Positions 9,208-17,622 of a stretch of DNA of 32,000 nucleotides are shown in pieces. This DNA comes from Longivirga aurantiaca (GTDB lineage: Bacteria; Actinomycetota; Actinomycetes; S36-B12; CAIYMF01). The DNA lies in NCBI RefSeq assembly GCF_042660085.1, contig NZ_JBHSTI010000002.1, forward strand, positions 390,001 to 422,000, given 5' to 3'. The notes under the pieces were generated by a model, which was given only the letters and a program-made list of their open reading frames with translations, had not been told where the DNA came from and did not search any database. The first letter of the stretch is position 1, and every line of letters begins with the position of its first letter. Both the position numbers and the translations under genes were made by a program.

Positions 9208-10152
9208 GTGGTCGACCAGCATCCGGCATCAACTGTGGTCGTGGTCGGCGCGCTCAACGTCGACGCCGTCGTACGGGCGCCGCGGCTGCCTGCTCCCGGA
9301 GAGACGGTGGTCGGGCCGCATGTCACCTGGCACGGCGGGGGTAAGGGCGCCAATGCCGCGGTGGCCGCGGCGCGTGCCGGGGCTCGCACCCAGCTCATCG
9401 GCGCTGTCGGCGCCGATGACCAGGGCCGGTCCACGCTGCGCGAGCTGGCAGCCGAGGGAGTGGACATCGGTGGCGTCGCCAGCCTGGACGACTCCGCCAC
9501 CGGGGTGGCGCTGATCGTGGTCGACGCCCAGGCCGAGAACCAGATCGCCGTGGGCCTCGGTGCCAACGCGGACCTCACGCCCGAGTACGTCGCACGCGCG
9601 CTCGAGGGCCGGCTCCACGCGGCCGGGTGCGTCCTGGTCAGCACCGAGATCACCCCGGGCGCGGTCATCGCCGCCGTCGATGCGGCGTCGCGTGCTGGCG
9701 TGCCGGTGATCCTGAACCCGGCGCCCGTGATCGCCGCAGTCGCCCGCTGCATCAGTGGTGCCACCGTGATCACGCCGAACGAGTCCGAGGCGGACCTGCT
9801 CCTCGAGCTGATCGGCGGCAGCACGGGAGGACGTCGCGAAGAGCGGTGGAGCGAGCTGGCCGAGCGTGCCGCAGCGTCCGTCGTGGTCACGCTCGGATCG
9901 GAGGGCGTGGCGGTGGTGCAGCCGGGGGAGCCGGTGGTGGTGGTCCCCGCCCGCTCCGTGAGCGCGGTCGACACGACCGGTGCGGGGGACACGTTCAACG
10001 GCGTCCTCGCCGCGCGGGTGGCCGCGGGCGACGACCTGAGGGAGGCCGTGGCCTTCGCGGTGGCTGCGGCGAGCCTCTCGGTGACGCGCGCCGGCGCTCG
10101 TGGGGGCATGCCGACCTTCGATGCCATCGCCGCGTTCAGCGGACGCGGTTGA
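9208..10152 (+). CDS. rbsK: Ribokinase-like PfkB-family sugar kinase
   Basis: 314 aa from GTG at 9208 (ORF opens at 9178 but that start lies on the operator-like site); GALNVDAVVRAPRLPAPGETVVG, GGGKGANAAVAAARAG, LNPAP, TPNESEA, DTTGAGDTFNGVLA. Confidence 0.88.
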   Translation: MVDQHPASTVVVVGALNVDAVVRAPRLPAPGETVVGPHVTWHGGGKGANAAVAAARAGARTQLIGAVGADDQGRSTLRELAAEGVDIGGVASLDDSATGVALIVVDAQAENQIAVGLGANADLTPEYVARALEGRLHAAGCVLVSTEITPGAVIAAVDAASRAGVPVILNPAPVIAAVARCISGATVITPNESEADLLLELIGGSTGGRREERWSELAERAAASVVVTLGSEGVAVVQPGEPVVVVPARSVSAVDTTGAGDTFNGVLAARVAAGDDLREAVAFAVAAASLSVTRAGARGGMPTFDAIAAFSGRG

Positions 10153-10186
10153 CACGTCGCCGCACGCATACTATAAACGTATCTAC
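10149..10186 (+). promoter_or_regulatory. Near-consensus sigma70-type promoter (TTGACA-17-TATAAA) overlapped by a LacI-like operator CTATAAACGTATCTAC
   Basis: TTGACA 10149-10154, TATAAA 10172-10177, operator-like site 10171-10186. The -35 overlaps the rbsK stop. Confidence 0.65.
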
Positions 10187-10245
10187 TCTGACCCGTGCCA
10201 GGTGAGCTGCGGGCATCGTCCGCGCCGAGCGATCAGGAGACCGCC

Positions 10246-10698
10246 ATGAGCCAGTACGACCCCGATGCGCCGATGGCGCAGAGGTACCCGCGGGTCACCA
10301 CGCCCGAGCAGATGGATGCCGCGCCGCGGCTGAAGTTCAACGACGGGATCTACACCAACATCTTCATCTCGGCCGAGGGCGAGGACGCCCGCTACTTCCG
10401 GCACGGCATCTGCTACGCCGAGCCCGGTCACAAGACCTATCGCTGGGAGCAGTGGGGCTTCGACGAGTCGCACTTCGTCCTCGAGGGCAAGGTGCGCCTG
10501 CGGGTCGAGGACGCCGACGGGCGCGTCATCTACCTCGAGGCGACGGCGGGCGAGCACATCTTCCTGCCGGCCGGCTACATCTACGAGCTCGAGGACACCG
10601 GTGGCATGAAGTTCTACTGGACCAGCGGGCCGTCCAACCGCAACGGCCTCGTCGAGGTCCCCGACTACAGCGCGACGCTGCGCGCGCAGAGGAGCTGA
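10246..10698 (+). CDS. Cupin-domain protein (EutQ-like appearance)
   Basis: 150 aa; WGFDESHFVLEGKVRLRVEDADGRVIYLEATAGEHIFLPAGYIYELEDTGGMKFYW cupin pattern. GGAGA RBS before ATG 10246. Confidence 0.75.
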   Translation: MSQYDPDAPMAQRYPRVTTPEQMDAAPRLKFNDGIYTNIFISAEGEDARYFRHGICYAEPGHKTYRWEQWGFDESHFVLEGKVRLRVEDADGRVIYLEATAGEHIFLPAGYIYELEDTGGMKFYWTSGPSNRNGLVEVPDYSATLRAQRS

Positions 10699-10703
10699 CC
10701 CCG

Positions 10704-11219
10704 ATGGCGATCACTGCCAGCACGACCAACCCGTTGAAGGGGGCCAAGCGCTGGGCCTACCTGGCGCGTGCCACGACGATCCGCGTCGCGACCGTCAACG
10801 ACGACGGCTCCCTCTACCTGACTCCGCTCTGGTTCGTCGTGCGCGATCAGCGCATCTTCCTGCCGCTCGACGCCGGCGGCCGTCACGGCAAGAACGGCAC
10901 GTCGGGCCGCCCCGTCTCGGCGCTGGTCGACTCCGGCGACGAGTTCGTGACCGTCGCGGGCGTCCGGATCCTGGGCCGGCTCGAGGCCGTCAACGACGAG
11001 AACGCCCACGGCGAGCTCGAGGCCCTCATGTTCGACAAGTACTTCTACGAGGGCCACCCCTACGCCCACCGCTACTTCGAGTTCGGCGAGTTCGCCGGTC
11101 GCGTCTACTACGAGCTCGTCGTCGACAAGCTCATCGGGTGGGACTCGCGCGAGACGACGGTGTCGGACACGCCCGAACGGCGGAGCCTGCCCGCCCACAT
11201 CGGCGATCGGCTGGTGTGA
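10704..11219 (+). CDS. Pyridoxamine 5'-phosphate oxidase-like / split-barrel flavin- or deazaflavin-binding protein
   Basis: 171 aa; ATTIRVATVNDDGSLYLTPLWFVVRDQRIFL is a typical split-barrel N-terminus. Confidence 0.75.
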   Translation: MAITASTTNPLKGAKRWAYLARATTIRVATVNDDGSLYLTPLWFVVRDQRIFLPLDAGGRHGKNGTSGRPVSALVDSGDEFVTVAGVRILGRLEAVNDENAHGELEALMFDKYFYEGHPYAHRYFEFGEFAGRVYYELVVDKLIGWDSRETTVSDTPERRSLPAHIGDRLV

Positions 11220-11221
11220 GC

Positions 11222-11980
11222 ATGGCAACGGGGCTTCGGGTCCTGGTCGTCGGAGAGTCCTGGATCAAGCACACGATCCACATGAAGGGCTTCGACCAGT
11301 TCCACAACACGTCCTACGAGGAAGGCGCCGGCGTCTTCCTCGATGCGCTGGACGCGAGCGGGTTCGACGTGACGTACATCCGTGCGCACGAGGTCTCGTC
11401 GCGCTTCCCCACCACGATGGAGGAGCTCCAGGCTTTCGACGTGGTCGTGGTGAGCGACGTCGGGTCGAACACCTTCCTGCTCTGCGACGAGACGTTCCTC
11501 AGGTCGGAGAGGGCTGTGAACCGGCTCGAGCTCCTGGCCGACTACGTCCGCGCAGGCGGAGGGCTCGTCATGGTCGGCGGCTACCTCACGTTCACGGGCA
11601 TCGACGGCAAGGGTCGCTACGGGATGTCGCCGCTGGCTGACGTGCTTCCGTGCACCCTCATGCCGACCGACGATCGCGTGGAGAAGCCGCAGGGTGTGAC
11701 GCCGTCGTTCGACGACCTCGCCCACCCGCTGCTCTCCGCAGCACCCACGCCCTGGCCCGACCTGCTGGGCTACAACCGCATGACCCCGAACCCGGGAACC
11801 GACGTCGTGGCGCGGGTAGGTGATGACCCGCTGGTCGTTCTGGGACAGGTAGAGTCGGGCCGCTCGGCCGTCTTCACGTCGGACCTCGCACCTCACTGGG
11901 CGCCACCGGAGTTCCTCGAATGGTCCGGGTACCGCCCCCTGTGGGAGGCGTTGCTGACCTGGACGGCCGGCAAGTCCTAA
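11222..11980 (+). CDS. Putative glutamine amidotransferase-like (PF07090-type) protein
   Basis: 252 aa; VLVVGESWIKHTIHMKGFDQF...FDVVVVSDVGSNTFLL...GGGLVMVGGYLTFTGIDGKGRY resembles this Rossmann-like family. Confidence 0.65.
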   Translation: MATGLRVLVVGESWIKHTIHMKGFDQFHNTSYEEGAGVFLDALDASGFDVTYIRAHEVSSRFPTTMEELQAFDVVVVSDVGSNTFLLCDETFLRSERAVNRLELLADYVRAGGGLVMVGGYLTFTGIDGKGRYGMSPLADVLPCTLMPTDDRVEKPQGVTPSFDDLAHPLLSAAPTPWPDLLGYNRMTPNPGTDVVARVGDDPLVVLGQVESGRSAVFTSDLAPHWAPPEFLEWSGYRPLWEALLTWTAGKS

Positions 11981-12006
11981 GAGCGCCTCACGTCGGAAGG
12001 CTCACC

Positions 12007-13047
12007 GTGGCCGAGAGCAGGACCAGGCCCACCATGAAGGATGTGGCTCGGCATGCATCCGTCTCGGTGAGCACGGTCTCCTACGTCCTGAACGGGACCG
12101 GCCCGGTCAGCCAGGAGCGCCGCGAGCGGGTGCTCGAGGCCGTCAAGATGCTCAGCTACACGCCCAACGAGGCGGCGCGCGGTCTGCGGCAGCGCAGCGC
12201 GCCGACGGTGGGGCTGATCGTCCCGGACCTGACCAACCCCTACTTCGCCATGATCGCCGAGGGAGTGGAGCGGTACTCCTCGGAACGCGATGCCCTGGTC
12301 GTCCTGTGCGCCCCCGAGGTCGCGGGAACCAGTTCGAGCGAGCCGACGACCACCCGGCTCCTGCGCAGCCAGCGGCTCTCGGGGTGCATCTTCCTGTCCG
12401 GCGCATCGGCCGTGCCGCGGTCGCTCATGGAGCTGACCGAGCTCGGGCCCGTCGTGCTCGTGGACGAGCTGCTCCCCGGCTTCGGCCTCCCCGCAGTCGT
12501 GTCCGACAACCGCTCGGGTGCGCGTGCCGTGGCCGCGCATGTGCTGTCCATGGGTCACCGCCGGGTCGGCATCATCGGCGGCCCCTCGACGTTGTGGTCC
12601 TCGCACCAGAGGCTTGCCGGCTACCGGGAGGCGTTTGCGTCGGGCGGCATCGAGCCGGACTCGATCCCGCTGGAGGTCGGCGACTACCGCCAGGAGTCCG
12701 GCTTCGACGCCGCTCGGCTGCTCATGGCACGCTCCGCGGGCTCCGACCGCATCACCGCGCTCGTGTGCGCCAACGACCTGATGGCCGTCGGCGCCATCGA
12801 GTACCTCCGCTCGCAGTCCCTCCGCGTGCCCGAGGACGTCAGCGTGGTCGGGTTCGACGACGTGCCGTTCGCGCGCTCTCTCACGCCGCGCCTCACCACC
12901 GTGCGACAGCCGGCGCACGACATGGGTGCTCGGGCCGCCGAGCTGCTGTTCTCGCTCCTCGAGAACCCCGACATGTCGCCCCCCGACTACGAGCCGCTCC
13001 CCGTCGAGCTCATGGTCCGCGACTCGGTGCAGCCCCCCCGGGCCTAG
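12007..13047 (+). CDS. LacI-family transcriptional regulator
   Basis: 346 aa from GTG 12007; MKDVARHASVSVSTVSYVLNGTGPVSQERRERVLEAVKMLSYTPNEAARGLRQ DNA-binding domain, plus periplasmic-binding-like effector domain. Confidence 0.95.
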   Translation: MAESRTRPTMKDVARHASVSVSTVSYVLNGTGPVSQERRERVLEAVKMLSYTPNEAARGLRQRSAPTVGLIVPDLTNPYFAMIAEGVERYSSERDALVVLCAPEVAGTSSSEPTTTRLLRSQRLSGCIFLSGASAVPRSLMELTELGPVVLVDELLPGFGLPAVVSDNRSGARAVAAHVLSMGHRRVGIIGGPSTLWSSHQRLAGYREAFASGGIEPDSIPLEVGDYRQESGFDAARLLMARSAGSDRITALVCANDLMAVGAIEYLRSQSLRVPEDVSVVGFDDVPFARSLTPRLTTVRQPAHDMGARAAELLFSLLENPDMSPPDYEPLPVELMVRDSVQPPRA

Positions 13048-13171
13048 CGCACACCTCCCGTGCACCGCGACGGTCGCATCCGACGAGCGCTCGCGTGCTC
13101 GGACGCGCCGCGGTGTCGGCGGCATCGCCCCAATTTACCCAAACGTAGCGCGCAGGGTCTTGACGCGTCGA

Positions 13172-13187
13172 CTAGAACCGTTAATAG
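13172..13187. promoter_or_regulatory. Putative operator CTAGAACCGTTAATAG within a TTGACG-containing promoter region upstream of the nicotinamide phosphoribosyltransferase gene
   Basis: TTGACG at 13160-13165 with an AT-rich -10 region at about 13182-13188; related to the motifs at 7192 and 10171. Confidence 0.5.
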
Positions 13188-13292
13188 TTGCCCCAGTGCT
13201 TCAGGGCCACTGCTGCTCTAACCCCCTTCGCTGTAGGCGATTCCGCACTCTGAGTCGAAATAGAAACGACTCAACAAGGAGGTGCCCTCCCC

Positions 13293-14747
13293 ATGGGCCG
13301 GAGTTCTGCGTTCGACAACATCATCATCAACACGGACAACTACAAGCACTGTCACTACTCGCTGTACCCGCCGGGCACCGAGTACGTGTCGAGCTACATC
13401 GAGTCCCGGGGTGGAGAGTTCCCGTCGACGATGTTCGTCGGCCTGCAGGCCTTCATCCGCGAGTACTTGATGCACCCGATCACCCTCGAGGACATCGACG
13501 AGGCGGAGTTCATCGTCCGCGAGCAGGGTATGCACTTCAACCGTGACAACTGGATGGGCATCCTCAACGACCACGGCGGCTTCCTGCCCGTCGAGATCGA
13601 GGCGGTGCCCGAGGGCACGGTCCTGCCGCCCCGCAACGTTCTCGTGCAGCTCATCAACACCGACCCCAAGTACTTCTGGGTGACGAGCTTCTTCGAGACC
13701 GCCCTGCTCCGTGCGGTGTGGTACCCGACGACCATCGGCTCGATCTCGTGGCTGTCCAAGCAGGTCATTCGCGAGGCCCTGGACAAGACGTCGGACAACC
13801 CGCAGCTGCTGCGCTACATGCTCCACGACTACGGCGCACGTGGAGTGAGCTCGCAGCAGTCGGCGTCGCTGGGCGGTCTCGCCCACCTGGTGAACTTCGA
13901 CCAGAGCGACACCGTCCCCGGCATCCTCGCCGCGAAGAAGTACTACAACGCGCAGAAGGTCTCGAACTCCGGTCCCAACTCCGAGCACGCAGGATTCTGC
14001 GCCTGGGGTCAGGAGCACGAGGCCGCGGCCATGAAGAACATGCTCGAGACGTACAAGGACAACGGCGTCGTCCTTCTGCTCACCGACACCTATGACCACG
14101 AGCACGCGGTCAAGCACATCATCGGCGGCGAGCTCAAGGAGATGGTGGAGAACTTCCCCGGGCTCGTGGGCATCCGTCCCGACTCGGGCGACGTCGTCCA
14201 GGTCACGTCGGACACCACCGAGTGGCTGATGGACATCTTCGGCTACACCACGAACAGCAAGGGCTACAAGGTCCTCCCGAACTTCGTGCGCGTCGTGCAG
14301 GGTGACGGTGTCACCTTCTACTCGCTGCCCGAGGTCTACATGGAGATGGAGCGCCGCGGCCTCTCGACCGAGAACGCCGTGTTCGGCATGGGTGGGGGCC
14401 TGCTCCAGCACCACAACCGTGACACGATGAACTTCGGCCAGAAGGCGAGCTCCGTCCGGATCAACGGCGAGTGGCGGGACATCGCCAAGTCGCCCACGGG
14501 GTCGGAGTTCAAGGTCTCGAAGAAGGGGCGTCTGGCTCTGGTCCACAAGGACGGCGAGTGCGCCACCGTCCTGCGCGACAGCGTCGCGCCGGAGGAGAAC
14601 CTGCTCAAGCCGGTGTTCCGCAACGGGCAGCTGCTCAAGAAGTGGGACTTCACCGAGCTCATCGAGCGGAGCGAGCAGCCCGTGCCGGAGTCGTACTACC
14701 TGGACATCGTCGCGAAGATGCGCGAATCGTTCAACCGGGCGAAGTGA
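13293..14747 (+). CDS. nadV: Nicotinamide phosphoribosyltransferase (NAMPT/NadV family)
   Basis: 484 aa; TDNYKHCHYSLYPPGTEYVSSYIE, HDYGARGVSSQQSA, LVNFDQSDTVPG, EHAGFCAWG, IRPDSGD, FGMGGGLLQHHNRDTMNF, KVSKKGRLAL. AAGGAGGTG RBS. Confidence 0.92.
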   Translation: MGRSSAFDNIIINTDNYKHCHYSLYPPGTEYVSSYIESRGGEFPSTMFVGLQAFIREYLMHPITLEDIDEAEFIVREQGMHFNRDNWMGILNDHGGFLPVEIEAVPEGTVLPPRNVLVQLINTDPKYFWVTSFFETALLRAVWYPTTIGSISWLSKQVIREALDKTSDNPQLLRYMLHDYGARGVSSQQSASLGGLAHLVNFDQSDTVPGILAAKKYYNAQKVSNSGPNSEHAGFCAWGQEHEAAAMKNMLETYKDNGVVLLLTDTYDHEHAVKHIIGGELKEMVENFPGLVGIRPDSGDVVQVTSDTTEWLMDIFGYTTNSKGYKVLPNFVRVVQGDGVTFYSLPEVYMEMERRGLSTENAVFGMGGGLLQHHNRDTMNFGQKASSVRINGEWRDIAKSPTGSEFKVSKKGRLALVHKDGECATVLRDSVAPEENLLKPVFRNGQLLKKWDFTELIERSEQPVPESYYLDIVAKMRESFNRAK

Positions 14748-14758
14748 GCAGCTAGCGG

Positions 14759-15436
14759 ATGACTGACGACGGAACCGGCCAGCAGGCGCGCGCGCTCCAC
14801 GTCTTCGACATGGACGGCACCCTGCTGGCCGGCTCCGCGTGCTTGGATCTCTCAGCCCGTGCCGGCTACCTCTCCTCGGTGGAGGAGATGGAGGACGCGT
14901 GGGGCCGCGGCGAGATCGGTCACGTGGAGTTCTACGACCTGCTGATCCCGCTGTGGTCCGAGCTCACTCACGAGGATGTCGACGAGACCTTCGCCAAGGC
15001 GGGGTGGATCGAGGGTCTTCGCGAGGTGCTCGCGGACATCCGCAGCCGTGGTGAGCGCAGCGCCGTCGTCTCCCTGTCGCCGCACTTCTTCGTGCGGCGG
15101 CTGCAGGCATGGGGCCTCGACTACGCCTACGGCGCCGGAGTCGAGATCGGGGAACCGGTTCTCCCAGAACGGGTGTACGTCCCCGAGACCAAGGTGACCG
15201 TCGTGGCCGACCTCCTCGCAGAGCTGCGGCTCGGCGCGGACCGGTGCGTCGTGTACGGGGACTCGTCCTCCGATGTTCCGCTCTTCCAGCGGTTCCCCAA
15301 CAGCATCGCCGTCAATGCGAGCAGCTCCTTGCTGCCCTTCGCGCACGTCACCTACGAAGGCCCGGACCTCGCGAGCGCGTACGCCCTCGGGCGTTCGCTG
15401 CTGGGGGACGAGGCCGAGGAGCCCCCCCAGCCATGA
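14759..15436 (+). CDS. HAD-superfamily (SerB-like) phosphatase
   Basis: 225 aa; FDMDGTLLAGSACLD, VVSLSPHFFVRRL, VYGDSSSDVPLF. Confidence 0.85.
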   Translation: MTDDGTGQQARALHVFDMDGTLLAGSACLDLSARAGYLSSVEEMEDAWGRGEIGHVEFYDLLIPLWSELTHEDVDETFAKAGWIEGLREVLADIRSRGERSAVVSLSPHFFVRRLQAWGLDYAYGAGVEIGEPVLPERVYVPETKVTVVADLLAELRLGADRCVVYGDSSSDVPLFQRFPNSIAVNASSSLLPFAHVTYEGPDLASAYALGRSLLGDEAEEPPQP

Positions 15437-16461
15437 GCCCGACCAGCAGCGCCACGCTGCTCCCACCCGGCCACCGGATCCCCGTCGCGCACCGCGACAT
15501 GAAGATCTTCGGAGGGCGGTCGAACCCCCGGCTGGCGGAGGAGATCGGGGTCCGTCTCGGTGTCGGTCTCAGCCCCGTGACGCTGCGCTCGTTCTCCGGC
15601 GGGGAGGTCTACTGCCGATACGAGGAGTCGATCCGCGGCTCGGACGTCTTCCTCATCCAGTCGCTGAGCGCGAACGCCGAGTCGGGCATCGGGACGAACG
15701 ATGCTCTGGCAGAGCTGCTCGTGATGATCGATGCAGCGAAGGGTGCCAGCGCGCACAGGGTGACCGCGGTCGTCCCATGGTTCGGCTACTCGCGCCAGGA
15801 CAAGAAGAGCGCAGCCCGCGAACCGATCAGCGCCCGCCTGATGGCGCGGATCCTGGAAGCCTCAGGCGCCGACCGCGTGCTGACGATGGATCTGCACGCA
15901 CCACAGATCCAGGGGATGTTCCAGATCCCGGTGGATCACATGACTGCCTCGTTGGCGCTCAGCGACCACATCCTGCAGCTGCAGCTCCAGGACGACCTCG
16001 TGGTGGTCGCCCCGGATGCTGGTCGCGGCAAGCATGCACGGGCGTTCGCGACCATGGTGGGTGCAGGCTTCGCCATCCTGGACAAGCAGCGGCCGGCCCA
16101 GCAGCAGGCCGAGATCGGTTACGTCATCGGAGACGTCGAAGGCAAGACCGCGATCGTGGTCGACGACATCATCGACACTGCCGGCACCATCCGGGCGGCG
16201 GCAGACGCGGTGCTCGGTGCGGGGGCCAACCGCGTCCATGTGGTTGCCACGCACGGGGTCTTCAGCGGCAAGGCGTACGAGAACATCGCCTCGTCGGGCG
16301 TCGAGCGGTTCTTCGTGACCGACACGATCGCCGCACCGCCCGGCGTTCCGCCGAACGTCGAGATCATCTCGTGCGCCGACGTGCTCGCCGAGTCGATGGT
16401 GCAGATCTTCACGTGCGGATCGGTGAGCGCGGTCTTCCGAGGCCACAACCATGTCTACTGA
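15433..16461 (+). CDS. prs: Ribose-phosphate pyrophosphokinase (PRPP synthetase)
   Basis: 342 aa; FSGGEVYCRYEESIRGSDVFLIQS, WFGYSRQDKKSAAREPISA, VVDDIIDTAGTI. ATGA overlap with the HAD gene. Confidence 0.93.
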   Translation: MSPTSSATLLPPGHRIPVAHRDMKIFGGRSNPRLAEEIGVRLGVGLSPVTLRSFSGGEVYCRYEESIRGSDVFLIQSLSANAESGIGTNDALAELLVMIDAAKGASAHRVTAVVPWFGYSRQDKKSAAREPISARLMARILEASGADRVLTMDLHAPQIQGMFQIPVDHMTASLALSDHILQLQLQDDLVVVAPDAGRGKHARAFATMVGAGFAILDKQRPAQQQAEIGYVIGDVEGKTAIVVDDIIDTAGTIRAAADAVLGAGANRVHVVATHGVFSGKAYENIASSGVERFFVTDTIAAPPGVPPNVEIISCADVLAESMVQIFTCGSVSAVFRGHNHVY

Positions 16462-16654
16462 CCCGGCGGATGCAGCTCGCCACGTAGGTCGCAGCAGCCA
16501 CCCTCCCCTCGTGGCCGTCCGTCCGGCCATGCCCGGCCTGGGACTGGCCCTCCTGGCCGTGCGTGGTGCCGCCACTGCGTCGCCAGCGCGGGCCCGACTG
16601 TTCCCAGCCATGGCTCTGGGGCTGCGCCGTCGTCGCGCCGTCCGACCGGGGTGA
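16451..16654 (+). CDS. Possible 67-aa Arg-rich small protein bridging prs and the nucleoside hydrolase
   Basis: ATG lies inside the end of prs; TGA stop forms a GTGA overlap with the GTG start of the next gene at 16651. No family recognised. Confidence 0.3.
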   Translation: MSTDPADAARHVGRSSHPPLVAVRPAMPGLGLALLAVRGAATASPARARLFPAMALGLRRRRAVRPG

Positions 16655-17613
16655 CCCCCGCGATGAGGCTCGTGATCGACACCGACACGGCGAGCGACGA
16701 CGCCGTCGCGCTGATGCTCGCGTCAGCGGCAGACGTGACTATCGAGGCGGTCACGATCGTCGCCGGCAACGTCCCCGTGGAGCTCGGCAGCAGGAACGCC
16801 CTGTCCGCTCTCGAGTTCTGGGGCGTCGACGTCCCGGTCTACGTCGGTGAGACGCGACCGCTCGCCCGCCCGCTCCAGACTGCCCAGCACGTTCACGGTC
16901 CTGACGGGATGGGCGACTCGCAGCTCCCCGCTCCTCGGCGGGTGCCGCGTGACCCGGACGCGGTCGACGTCCTCGTCGACATCCCCACCCGTGACCCCGG
17001 CGCCGTCACCCTCGTGACGCTCGGTCCCTTCACGAACCTCGCCAGAGCCCTCGAGCGCGACCCGGCATGTCTAGGGAAGTACCGGGCCATCTACTGCATG
17101 GCCGGCACCCTCGGCCGGGGCAACATCACGCAGCAGGCGGAGTACAACCTCTGGTGCGACCCTGAGGCCGCCGCCCTCGTGCTGGATTCCGGGATCCCGT
17201 TGACCTTCATCGGCTGTGACGCCGCGCGGGACTTCACCGGACTCTCGAGCGACCGGCTCGATCGTTGGCATTCGCTGGCGTCACCGCGCGCCGACTTCGC
17301 CATCGCCGTCACGCGCGGGGCGGTGCGCTGGTACAGCGACCGCGGCCTGCGCGGCAGCGCCGACCTCCCCGATCCCCTCGCGATGGCGGTGGCGCTGGAT
17401 CCAGCCATCGTGACACGGTCGGAGACCGTCCATGCGAGCGTCGCACTCGACGACAGCCTGCGCGGGAAGCTGGTGATCCATCCGGACTCCGCGCCGGTTC
17501 GCAGGTCAGTGACGATGGTGACCGAGGTGGACGCAGACGCGTTCTGGTCGAGGGTCGACTCCATGGTCGCGGGCCACGATGAGCCCTCCGCCTCCGGCGG
17601 CGCTACCCGCTGA
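16651..17613 (+). CDS. Inosine-uridine-type nucleoside hydrolase family protein
   Basis: DTDTASDDAVALMLA, RPLQTAQHVHGPDGMGD, TLGPFTNLARAL, EYNLWCDPEAA, DPLAMAVALDP. Confidence 0.85.
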   Translation: MTPAMRLVIDTDTASDDAVALMLASAADVTIEAVTIVAGNVPVELGSRNALSALEFWGVDVPVYVGETRPLARPLQTAQHVHGPDGMGDSQLPAPRRVPRDPDAVDVLVDIPTRDPGAVTLVTLGPFTNLARALERDPACLGKYRAIYCMAGTLGRGNITQQAEYNLWCDPEAAALVLDSGIPLTFIGCDAARDFTGLSSDRLDRWHSLASPRADFAIAVTRGAVRWYSDRGLRGSADLPDPLAMAVALDPAIVTRSETVHASVALDDSLRGKLVIHPDSAPVRRSVTMVTEVDADAFWSRVDSMVAGHDEPSASGGATR

Positions 17614-17622
17614 GGTGATCGA

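Noticed and set aside
11977-13125. 382-aa minus-strand ORF opposite the LacI gene
   Set aside because: Shadow ORF antisense to a strongly supported LacI-family regulator.
13137-13147. Additional GAAACG-like site CCCAAACGTAG upstream of nadV
   Set aside because: Shares only the AAACGTA core and lacks the flanking TAGA/TATAG halves; too weak to list as an operator.
13293-16461. Anti-phage or phage-type NAD-reconstitution system
   Set aside because: NAMPT plus Prs recalls phage NAD-restoration pathways, but there is no NMN adenylyltransferase, phage gene or NADase effector nearby, and the control region resembles an inducible metabolic operon.
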